A stretch of DNA of 64,000 bases, taken from positions 2,208,001-2,272,000 of the forward strand of contig CAXXHB010000003.1 in the NCBI GenBank assembly GCA_963664815.2. The letters run 5' to 3'. Every line of letters starts with the position of its first letter. Within the stretch, counting starts at the first letter, position 1. This document shows positions 37,852 through 47,180 of the stretch, piece by piece. The notes beneath the pieces were generated by a model that was not told the DNA's origin, made no database searches, and worked only from the letters and a program-made list of their open reading frames with translations. The position numbers and the translations under genes are program-made. This stretch comes from Spirochaetota bacterium (GTDB lineage Bacteria > Spirochaetota > UBA4802 > UBA5550).

Positions 37852-37923
37852 TGTCTTTAAATATAACAGACACTCTTCAGGAATCACCGTTGACCAAATA
37901 TTTAATACCTTGCAAACAATACT

Positions 37924-39444
37924 TTAAGCAGTTAATCCCATTTCTCTGATAATAAATCCTGTAAAAGGTTTTATATCGTTATCCGCAGCCACTAAATCCA
38001 GTGATTTCATATATTCTGTTCTTTCGGTTACACGAATTATAGTCCATGGATAACCGGAGGAAACAAGCATCAGATTCATCAGAAATCTTGCGAGCCTGCC
38101 GTTTCCATCCATATACGGGTGTATATATACAAAGAAATAGTGTCCGAGCACAGCTCTCACTGCTCCACTCTCTTCATTCTGAAGCAGGTCAAAGAGTGTT
38201 TCCATGGCATCAACTACAGACTCATACGGAGGAGGAATATGCACAGCGTCTTTGATAAAAACCGGATTTCTTCTATACCCCACAAGATCAGAGGTCTTCA
38301 AAATACCCGCCTGAATCATCGGGAAGAATAACTCACTATACCAGTGTGGTAAACTATCCTTAAAGATGGTTCCGGCATCTGCACCCTTCAATGCAGCCCC
38401 TGCACTTTTCAATACTGCATCATAGGCGAGAGAGTAACCTTTAGCTGCAAGTGCATCACGCTGATTGTTGTCAGACTTGTTTTTGTCAGGATTCCACTCT
38501 CCGGACCTGATTCTTTTTATCAGATAATCTGTGACCCTGTAACCCTCAATCGAAAGAGAATGATAAGCATCTTCATCAACCTTTTCCCTGATTCTGTTTA
38601 TTATTGTATCAGAATCAACACCCTGCATCCTGATTAAAGGTTCGGGAAACAGTTTAATTACATCACCTCTGAAGTTATTCCACATGGTAATAATCCGCGG
38701 TGAATATGGCGATCTGAAGCTTTTAAGCCCGATTGAAGGGACAAACCTGACAAAAGGATTCATCGGTTTAACAGAAAACCCGGCCAGCTTCATATCCCTT
38801 ATAACAGTCTGAGAAGCAGAGCTGTTTCCGGCTTCCAGATAAGCCCCGGCAATTCTTTCGGCAGATGCTATACTTCCTGTATCAATGAGTACTCTTGTTA
38901 TATCAGACACAGATTCAATCATGGATAACGCAATTTCAATATTCTGCGCTTTATTCTGATAATATGATGGAGGAGCCTTAACTACAGAGTAAGGGAGAGG
39001 CATTAGGTTTATTCCATTAATGCTGTTAAGATTTTCAGGTATGGCTTTATTATCCTGATACAACAGCACTGTTACTCCATGGGGCAGATGCACTGTGGTA
39101 TTGCTGCTGTCTCTTGTGAGAATAATAATCTGTGCCGGTATGGTTGTTTCCCCGGCATAAATATCAAGAGATGACTGCGGAGAGAGGCAATACCCATTTT
39201 CACCAAAACGATCAGCCATATACTGTCTGACAAAGGGCCAGTACACACTGAACCAAGCAGTGCTGCTGCCTGATGACTCAGGTGAAACGAGCATATACCA
39301 GCCCCTGACGATTCTTTCAAGAAATCCGGCATTTGTCAGTATTTCCCTTGATCTTACAGAAAGATTATCTGAAGAGATAATCCCTTCATCACTCACCCCC
39401 CTGGCTTCTTCAAGAGCTTTTGCTATTCGTTCATTCAATTCCAT
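37924..39444 (-). CDS. Fic/DOC family protein with long N-terminal domain
   Basis: Fic motif HPYMDGNGRLAR; AYHSLSIEG. Confidence 0.9.
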   Translation of the reverse strand: MELNERIAKALEEARGVSDEGIISSDNLSVRSREILTNAGFLERIVRGWYMLVSPESSGSSTAWFSVYWPFVRQYMADRFGENGYCLSPQSSLDIYAGETTIPAQIIILTRDSSNTTVHLPHGVTVLLYQDNKAIPENLNSINGINLMPLPYSVVKAPPSYYQNKAQNIEIALSMIESVSDITRVLIDTGSIASAERIAGAYLEAGNSSASQTVIRDMKLAGFSVKPMNPFVRFVPSIGLKSFRSPYSPRIITMWNNFRGDVIKLFPEPLIRMQGVDSDTIINRIREKVDEDAYHSLSIEGYRVTDYLIKRIRSGEWNPDKNKSDNNQRDALAAKGYSLAYDAVLKSAGAALKGADAGTIFKDSLPHWYSELFFPMIQAGILKTSDLVGYRRNPVFIKDAVHIPPPYESVVDAMETLFDLLQNEESGAVRAVLGHYFFVYIHPYMDGNGRLARFLMNLMLVSSGYPWTIIRVTERTEYMKSLDLVAADNDIKPFTGFIIREMGLTA

Positions 39445-39812
39445 ATCATTTACTATAAATTAAATTCCGGTTTTACCAGAAATTAAACTCTCAATATTAA
39501 TTAAACCAATGGTCAAATTACAGTAATTGTCAGCAACTGACGCTGGTTCAGCGTAACATAGCCATATTTTACACGGTTTTTAATCTTAAATAATCAATGT
39601 AGCGGTATTTACTATAAATTACAAGCTTTATTTTATAGAAATTAAACCAGCCAATTACTATAAGTTATATGACTATATTTGAAAAATATAATATCTTCTG
39701 CCTGATTCTCTGTGGATTGTTTTTTAAAATCTTTTAAATTGCAAGACATCTAAGGCCAAAAATCGCGGCTCTTCTGTCAGCATCGGGAAGCGGGTATTCG
39801 GAAATAGCAGAA

Positions 39813-40292
39813 TTGCTGATTTCAAACGGAGCTGATGTCAATGCAAAATCAGATGACCAGTTAACTCCATTGATGATCGCATCAGGTTGTAACCAGTATT
39901 TAAAATGGGAATGTGCCGTGAATAATTACAAGGTGATCAGCCTCCTTCTTGAAAAAGGAGCTGACGTTAATGCAAGGTCAAAATATGGTTCAACTGCACT
40001 TATGTTCGCTGTTGATCAGGAATTCTCGGAAGCTAATCCCTACAAAGATGCTGTAGTTCTGATGATATCAAAAGGAGCCGATGTAAATGCCAGAACAAAT
40101 GACGGGATGACCCCATTGTTATATGCATTATGGAAAAGAAGAAATACTGACGTTATAAGGGTACTGATAAATAAAGGCGCTGATGTAAATGTAAATTATA
40201 GTGACGGCGAGAGTATGTTAAAGTACGCGAAGCGGACAATGTATGATCCGGAATATGTTAATCTTCTACAAAATGCCGGAGCCAGAGAATAA
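39813..40292 (+). pseudogene. Ankyrin repeat protein, probably 5'-truncated
   Basis: Repeated GADVNA...TPLM.A units; the ORF begins mid-repeat at a TTG with no clear RBS. Confidence 0.65.
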
Positions 40293-40556
40293 AACGCAAA
40301 AATCCCTTGCAGTTTAACAGCGGGAATTATTTAGATTACATCGATGTCCATATGTTTTTTTATCAGCAAATCAATCTGACTTATAACCAGGTTTTACTTC
40401 TTGAAATTTATTCTACTTTAGCTTTGACATGGGAGTTTGACTCACCGCAAAATTGTATTACTTTACAATAATGACAATAAAAGTGCTTAATCATTCTTGA
40501 CAAAAAGTTAACTACATGCACATACTTTATTAAGCTTTATACTATAAAGGTTAAAA

Positions 40557-41864
40557 ATGAAAAAAATTTCCGCTATCGCTTTAATAATGTCAGTCATTGC
40601 CCTCTCCTTTCTTTTTGGCAATGGTGGTAATGTTTACAGTGATGGTTTCAAAAGCTCGGGAAATATAACCCTGTCACAGGCAAAGAATATATCCCTGATA
40701 AGGGAAGACCTTTATATTACATTGAAACAGGATTTAGTTGAAGTAAATGTTACTTACCAGCTTGATAATCGAGATGTTGATCAAACAATAAAATACGGTT
40801 TTCCTTTCAGAGTGGATAATAATTACAGTAGTTCAGGTGAAGATGACTGGATTCCGGTATACAGGATCAGTTTAAATAATAAACGGTTAACATATAATAA
40901 AAAAATTTATAATAATAATGTTAAATCAAAAGAGGGTCTTAATGAGAACGAAATAATCAGGTGGCACTTATCTGATTTACCCCTGAAGAATGGGATTAAT
41001 AGGATAGAAGTTAGTTATTCAATAAAACCGTATAAAGCTGATATAGATAAACCAGACCCTGTATTTGAATATGATTTTAAACCTGCGGCTACCTGGGATA
41101 ACGGTATAGTTAAAGAAATAAAAATTACACTGGACAGGTCAAATATAAATGAACCGGGGATGGAAGTTTATTACTCCGGCTTCAATTATAACAACGACCG
41201 GAAACAGGATAAAATTATTATTATAAAAAACAATGTAGATCTGTTCAAAATGGAAAATATTATAGCCTATTATAATTTCAGTGAATACAGATTTAATAGA
41301 GATTTTTCATTTAAAAATAGTATTTCAAATAGGAATATAAACAAAATTACTGCATCGAGTACATTATCCATGAAATATACAAAGGCAAATCTTATTGATG
41401 AAGATTTTAATACATCCTGGGTTGAAGGCAAAGCAGATAACGGAGTAGGTGAATGGATTGAGGTTGAGTTTAATAACAAAGGGGATGGTCTGCCGAATTT
41501 TGTTGGTATTATGAATGGCTATTATCAGAATGAAGAACTATATTACGCAAATAATCGGATTAAATCTTTGAAATTAACAATAACAGAACACATACAGCCG
41601 GAAGAGATGAGTAGTGCAGAATTAAAACTGGGTTATGTCGAATATAAGTTTGACGAAATTATTGAGCTACCTGATTTAAAATATGTTAAACCGGATATCC
41701 AGAATGCCAGCAAATATCTTTCAACGTTACATACTAATCCTCCCGGAACTCAGGACAGAATGTACACTTTAGGAATAAAAAAAATCAGATTTGAAATTCT
41801 TTCAGTTTACCCTGGTAAAAAGTATAACGATACATGTATAGCAGAGTTGCTCACTTTTAAATAG
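40557..41864 (+). CDS. Secreted protein: DUF4424-like N-terminus + C-terminal discoidin/NADase-type glycan-binding domain
   Basis: Signal peptide; ISLIREDLYI, FEYDFKPAATW; C-terminal TSWVEG..NGVGEWI...NGY..YYANNRIK...ILSVYPGKKYNDTCIAEL. Confidence 0.6.
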   Translation: MKKISAIALIMSVIALSFLFGNGGNVYSDGFKSSGNITLSQAKNISLIREDLYITLKQDLVEVNVTYQLDNRDVDQTIKYGFPFRVDNNYSSSGEDDWIPVYRISLNNKRLTYNKKIYNNNVKSKEGLNENEIIRWHLSDLPLKNGINRIEVSYSIKPYKADIDKPDPVFEYDFKPAATWDNGIVKEIKITLDRSNINEPGMEVYYSGFNYNNDRKQDKIIIIKNNVDLFKMENIIAYYNFSEYRFNRDFSFKNSISNRNINKITASSTLSMKYTKANLIDEDFNTSWVEGKADNGVGEWIEVEFNNKGDGLPNFVGIMNGYYQNEELYYANNRIKSLKLTITEHIQPEEMSSAELKLGYVEYKFDEIIELPDLKYVKPDIQNASKYLSTLHTNPPGTQDRMYTLGIKKIRFEILSVYPGKKYNDTCIAELLTFK

Positions 41865-42026
41865 TTAAATATTCTTTATTGTGTTCGATATTTATCGGAT
41901 ATAAATCATCTGACTCCCTCTTACACTCTCACAATACAGTTAAGATATTACAAGCCTGTGATGCTTCAAAAACACGGATTAAGAAATTCTATAATTTTTT
42001 TCCTTAAATCTTTAAATGAAATTTCA

Positions 42027-42254
42027 TTAAACTGCAGCAGGATTCGCTTTGCAAATATCAATATATGATGACAGGTTATCATAATCAAAATCTACTAGTT
42101 TATATATACCTGGTTTTACTTTTTCTATCAGGTTTTCATCAAGTAGTTTCCTGATATACAAGGTATGCACTTTATTTTTTAAAAGTTCTTTAAGAGTAGA
42201 GTATCCGTTATTTTGAATGAATACTTCTTTGATTTCTTTTTTTATATCGTTCAT
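42027..42254 (-). pseudogene. Truncated AbiEi-like type IV antitoxin (N-terminal wHTH only)
   Basis: NNGY.TLKEL...LIEKVKPGIYKL pattern; stops at 'PAAV', where the AbiEi C-terminal domain would begin. Confidence 0.6.
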
Positions 42255-42577
42255 ATAAATTCGTTTTAAATATTAAAAAAAAGAATTTTTTTAAAATAGA
42301 ACAATAATATATTTAAACATAATGAATCTAAAACGATCTATATCCTTTTATAAAAATAAAATTTCAGAATAAATGTTTACACAACTAAGGAGAGAATACG
42401 TCTCTTACTGTCTGATAACTATGAATCGCTGGTTTTTATCTAGCCTTCAAATGGCTAATGAAAAACTTATTTAATCATCCTTCCATCGTCTCATCAGCTG
42501 AAAAAGCCTTGACTTATGTGTAGTATTGAAGCTTTATTGGATTGCTCGCTAAAGAGACATATCATAGTGGAGAGCTT

Positions 42578-43168
42578 ATGGGGATTGATTTATTACCGGA
42601 GTTTGTACGAACTAACTATGAAGTTCATGAATGGAAACATGCCTGTGCAATCCTTAAAGAAGATTTCCCGGACGAATGGAACGATATAATTGCAGTATTG
42701 TCAGCTTTCAGGCTGAAGAAAAGCTGGATTATCAATCCCGGCGGAAGAAAATCACAGATATCTGAATCTATAGACTCTTTTCTATACAACAGAAACTGGG
42801 TTGAAAAAGAGTTTAAAACCAGAGTCGTTGTTGATGACCTGTCAATGGATGCCCCGACTCACAAAGTGGACTGTTTTAAAAACAGGGTTGCAGTTGAAAT
42901 TGAATGGAACAATAAAGATCCTTTTTTCGACAGAGATTTAAACAATTTCAGATTGCTGTTTGATCTTCGGGCAATCAGTATCGGAGTAATTATAACAAGA
43001 TGTGATGACTTACAGGATATATTTAACGAATTAGGACGTGGAACGTCATATGGCGCATCCACTACACATATGAACAAACTTCTCCCCCGCATTGAAGGGG
43101 GAAGCGGAGCTGGTTGTCCAATACTGGTTTTCGGAATTTCTAAAAATCTTTATTCAGAGGATGAATAA
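42578..43168 (+). CDS. BglII/BstYI-family restriction endonuclease-like protein
   Basis: GGAG RBS before ATG 42578; PD-(D/E)xK-type THKVDCFKNRVAVEIEWNNKDPFFDRDL; paired with a methylase. Confidence 0.8.
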   Translation: MGIDLLPEFVRTNYEVHEWKHACAILKEDFPDEWNDIIAVLSAFRLKKSWIINPGGRKSQISESIDSFLYNRNWVEKEFKTRVVVDDLSMDAPTHKVDCFKNRVAVEIEWNNKDPFFDRDLNNFRLLFDLRAISIGVIITRCDDLQDIFNELGRGTSYGASTTHMNKLLPRIEGGSGAGCPILVFGISKNLYSEDE

Positions 43169-43170
43169 CA

Positions 43171-43821
43171 ATGAACGCATCTGATGATTTATTAAAAAAG
43201 GTCGGTACAAAAAAATTTTCAACCATATTGGCAGATCCGCCATGGCAATTTCAGAACAGAACAGGAAAAATGGCTCCGGAGCATAAGCGCCTCTCCCGTT
43301 ATCCGACAATGACTTTACAGGAAATCAGGGATTTACCGGTAAGTGAAATTGCAAATGAAACCGCACATCTGTATTTATGGGTTCCGAACGCGCTGCTTCC
43401 TGAAGGTCTGCAGGTTATGGAGAGCTGGGGTTTTACATATAAAACCAATCTCATATGGTATAAGATAAGAAAAGATGGCGGACCTGACAGAAGAGGTGTC
43501 GGATTCTATTTTCGCAATGTAACAGAGGTAATTTTATTTGGTGTCCGCGGGAAAAAAAATTTGCGCACATTACAACCGGGCAGAAGCCAGGAGAATATAA
43601 TTTCATCGATAAAGCGTGAGCACAGCCGTAAACCGGATGAACAATATGATTTAATTGAAGCCTGCAGTTCCGGGCCTTTCATTGAGCTTTTTGCCAGGGG
43701 TCCAAGAAAGGGATGGTTTAACTGGGGAAATCAGGCTGAAGAGTATTCTCCCGATTGGGACACATATTCAAATCATTCACAATCAAAGACAAATTCCATA
43801 AAACAAAAAAAAGCTATATAG
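43171..43821 (+). CDS. MT-A70 (Ime4/METTL3-like) N6-adenine methyltransferase
   Basis: Motifs ILADPPW, HLYLWVPN, WGFTYKT, REHSRKP, IELFAR, WGNQ. Confidence 0.9.
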   Translation: MNASDDLLKKVGTKKFSTILADPPWQFQNRTGKMAPEHKRLSRYPTMTLQEIRDLPVSEIANETAHLYLWVPNALLPEGLQVMESWGFTYKTNLIWYKIRKDGGPDRRGVGFYFRNVTEVILFGVRGKKNLRTLQPGRSQENIISSIKREHSRKPDEQYDLIEACSSGPFIELFARGPRKGWFNWGNQAEEYSPDWDTYSNHSQSKTNSIKQKKAI

Positions 43822-43891
43822 TTTTAATTTTTTAACATATAAATCAGTGTAAAATAAACAATTATTGTTTTGCTGCCAGCTTAGCAACGAT

Positions 43892-44782
43892 TCAGAACTG
43901 TTTAAAATCAAGCGGAATATCCCTGTCTTTAACCAGTATCTGAACAGCTTTCTCTCTTATTGTTTCCAGATGCTCAGGTTTTTCCATATACCCGACATTC
44001 ATCTCATTGAAATAATTTTTTCTTTCCTGTGATATGTCACTGGAAAAAAAGAGGAAAAATTCATTTAAGTCAGGGTACAAATCTCTGGACTTTTCAAAAA
44101 ATGTTATTCCATCCATTGTAGGCATATCGATATCTGAGATGATCAGTTTGTACCGGTTTTCCTGTAATTTAATAAATGCTTCAGTTCCGTCATATGCTTT
44201 ATCAATGTTTCCGATCTTCGAAAGCACACTAGCAAGTAACTCTACTATTAACAGATTATCATCAACCAGAAGTATTTTATCCTTCCAGACAGGTTTGAGT
44301 TTTTTATATTTATCTGTAATTTCCTTAAATTCAGGGCGGTTTTCATAATAAACTTCTACTTTATATTTATGATTCTGTATAGCCTGGCCTATATTTTTAA
44401 ATTCATCAATATCATTTTTTAATGATTCAACTACATACAGAAAAATATCGTTCCATTCTGAAAATTCAGCATTGATAATTGACTCACAAAGAAATGATCT
44501 GGTTAAAGTTCCTGCGGCCAGATGATGATTTAATCCGTCTAAAATACTTTTAATCCTTTCATCTATCTCTGAATCAATAATGACAGCAGCCTCATATCCG
44601 GCATTACCCTTATAATAATCACCTGCCCTGTCCATTATATAAAAATGCAGAGCTTCATCATCGGCGAGGTCATCAAGAAAAATTTTTAAATCTGTATCAT
44701 CGTGGAAATAATCAGCTGCTTTCCGGTAAATACTTTCAATCCTCTTTTCGTTATTTGCCAGCCAGGTTATTATATCTATCAT
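43892..44782 (-). CDS. Ferritin/rubrerythrin-like domain + response regulator receiver
   Basis: N-terminal E..(Y)...DEALH pattern; C-terminal ILLVDD, ISDIDMPTMDG, EKP. Confidence 0.8.
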   Translation of the reverse strand: MIDIITWLANNEKRIESIYRKAADYFHDDTDLKIFLDDLADDEALHFYIMDRAGDYYKGNAGYEAAVIIDSEIDERIKSILDGLNHHLAAGTLTRSFLCESIINAEFSEWNDIFLYVVESLKNDIDEFKNIGQAIQNHKYKVEVYYENRPEFKEITDKYKKLKPVWKDKILLVDDNLLIVELLASVLSKIGNIDKAYDGTEAFIKLQENRYKLIISDIDMPTMDGITFFEKSRDLYPDLNEFFLFFSSDISQERKNYFNEMNVGYMEKPEHLETIREKAVQILVKDRDIPLDFKQF

Positions 44783-45011
44783 ATTATCAGCGCTTCGATT
44801 AAATCAAACGTAGATTTCTGCCAGGTAAACAAACGGGTAATCCCCATAACAAAATTCTGTCTAATCCATTATTTTCTGAAAAATTTTCCTGCAGAATCAT
44901 TTTCACAATCCTTCTATGTTCTGCAGGAATACCAGTTTAAAACCAATTGAATGAGTGTCAAGCAGTTCAACATGGTCAAACAGAAATAAACCGGCATTAA
45001 ATAAATTATTT

Positions 45012-45920
45012 TTATTTAACCGGTTTAAAACTGAATCCATCACCCTCCTTCATAACATGCCCGATTCCGGGGAATATTATGTGCGCTCCGGCAATAAAGA
45101 ATCCCTCAGAGCTTGCCCTGTTCAGAATCATCTTTCTTACTTCTGCTGCTCTATTAATATCTTTATCATAAACAAGGGAGATCTCAGGATGCGGAAACTG
45201 CATCAATGTAATATGCAGAAAATCACCTGCCATCAAAAGCCTCTCCCCTTCTGATTCAAATAAATAACCGACATGCCCCGGAGTATGACCCGACATCTTA
45301 ACAGAAGTGACCCCTTCAGTGATAACTCCGCCGGGAACAAAAGATTCAACCCTTCCGGAGTATATTTTAAGAGCTTTATTGGCTGTTTCAAAATAACTTT
45401 TCATGTTTGAGGGGAGTGATTTAATGGCATTATCATCAAATGCTGCAATTTCATTTTTTGAGAAAAACAGTTTAGCCTTCGGGAATACAGCCTTCCCGTT
45501 ATTAATAAGACCACCTACATGGTCCAAATGCGCATGAGTAATAAGTATTATATCTATATCATCAGGTTTCAATCCGGCTTTCTTCATGTTTTCCAGCATT
45601 TTCCCCTTTCGTGAACCCTCGGTCCCCAGGCCGGAGTCAATCATAATATTCTGTTTACCTGTTTTAACAACAAAGACATTAATAGAGCTCTTAAGTTCAC
45701 CTTCAGGCATATATTTTTTAATTAATGCGGGATCTCCATTTTTAACCAGATCTGATTTCATCACAGAAGATAAATCAAGAAGTGAAATGACTTCAAATTT
45801 ACCAAGCTTCATGCTGTAGTTTTCTGCAGTCTTTGAACTGCACATTGTTTCTGAAGAGAGCAGAAGAGAAACTGCCGCAACTGAAAAAATAACGGTTTTT
45901 AACGTTTTCATTAACCTCAT
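45012..45920 (-). CDS. Secreted MBL-fold hydrolase (methyl-parathion hydrolase/AHL-lactonase-like)
   Basis: Signal peptide; THAHLDHVGG, GHTPGH, AGDFLH, GAHI.FPG. Confidence 0.88.
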   Translation of the reverse strand: MRLMKTLKTVIFSVAAVSLLLSSETMCSSKTAENYSMKLGKFEVISLLDLSSVMKSDLVKNGDPALIKKYMPEGELKSSINVFVVKTGKQNIMIDSGLGTEGSRKGKMLENMKKAGLKPDDIDIILITHAHLDHVGGLINNGKAVFPKAKLFFSKNEIAAFDDNAIKSLPSNMKSYFETANKALKIYSGRVESFVPGGVITEGVTSVKMSGHTPGHVGYLFESEGERLLMAGDFLHITLMQFPHPEISLVYDKDINRAAEVRKMILNRASSEGFFIAGAHIIFPGIGHVMKEGDGFSFKPVK

Positions 45921-46224
45921 AATTCTGACTCCTGTTTTTAAATTTTCTTTTTTATAATTTATAATTTATAATTTTAGTACTGTCAACTTTATAAATTTAC
46001 TGGAAAACTGCTTCCTGAAACCTGATAATAATATAAATCTTCTGAATACGATTACAGGATTAAAGAATTTTCAGAATTTTCTGCAGACAGGGATATAGGA
46101 CACGAACATACATACATCGTGCATCAGATGAATCAGATATAATATTACAGCAGATTTATGACAAATATCACAATCTGTTTACAGAGTATTCAGTTTCGCT
46201 TCAATTACACCTCAAACACCTTAC

Positions 46225-46770
46225 TTACAGCTTTAAACGCGCGTTTTTCTCTGTCGGTAACGGTGTTGAAACGGTATTGAAACGGTTTTCAACAGGGTCT
46301 ATATACTGCCTGTGTCCCGCTTTAACAGATTTACTTTTATCTTTTGCTGCATTAATATTACTCTGTCCATCTGCTGATCTGCTGTTTTCTGAACAGAAAA
46401 AGGTATATTCTGTAACCTCGCCTGAAGCAGATGCGACCACTGCACCCTCTGATCCGCCGCTTCCCGATGGAGATACCGGTGAGCCGGGTGCAATTCCACG
46501 AAGGTATTCCGACATAAAGAGATTATACCCTGACTTTCTCTTCCTCTTTGCCCTTGCTCTGTAAATGGCCTTCTCCTCCTCAGGGAGTACCTGCCATGCC
46601 TTTACACTGCCGCCGAAATTACCCCTGCATTTCACCTGGGGCTCTGTACGCGGATTCTTAGGAATTGTGCGTGCTTTAATGTAGATTTTGCCATAGCGCC
46701 TGTAAAGCACAAGATCGCCCATACCTCCATGCGCAGTTCTTAAATAGGGATGAAGCTTTACTTTTGCCAT
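46225..46770 (-). CDS. Basic hypothetical protein with HMG-box-like segment
   Basis: AGGAG RBS; PKNPRTEPQ...KAWQVLPEEEKAIYRARA...SGYNLFMSEY; low-complexity C-terminus. Confidence 0.55.
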   Translation of the reverse strand: MAKVKLHPYLRTAHGGMGDLVLYRRYGKIYIKARTIPKNPRTEPQVKCRGNFGGSVKAWQVLPEEEKAIYRARAKRKRKSGYNLFMSEYLRGIAPGSPVSPSGSGGSEGAVVASASGEVTEYTFFCSENSRSADGQSNINAAKDKSKSVKAGHRQYIDPVENRFNTVSTPLPTEKNARLKL

Positions 46771-47180
46771 ACATTTACACTCCTTTTTATTTTATATTGA
46801 GATTTATGTCTCTTATAACCAGTGCGGAAAAGCAAATGACATGGGGCAAGCAGAATTTTTAAAAATTTTATGTGTTAAAAACCAGATTTATCAAAGATGG
46901 TGTTCTGCCTTGCCCCTTCTGGGCGCCCGAGCGTAGCGACAAAGTACCCTTGGGGTAGGTGCGGGGACTGATGAATCCCGGCTGCTGAAGGTATACTATA
47001 CAGACAGTGTGTACACAAAATGTAATGTTTAAAACCCACTTTATCAAAGAGGTTATCCGACTGTTTATGAATTTAAAGTTCAATAAATATTATCGGTTGT
47101 GTTACTGCGGATATAGTTCAGCCGGTAATGAGATTTAATGTCAAAATTCATTACCGGGGCAAACATCAATAGTATGCCGG

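Noticed and set aside
45951-45975. Short TTTATAA tandem repeat
   Set aside because: Low-complexity AT-rich sequence; three copies can arise by chance.
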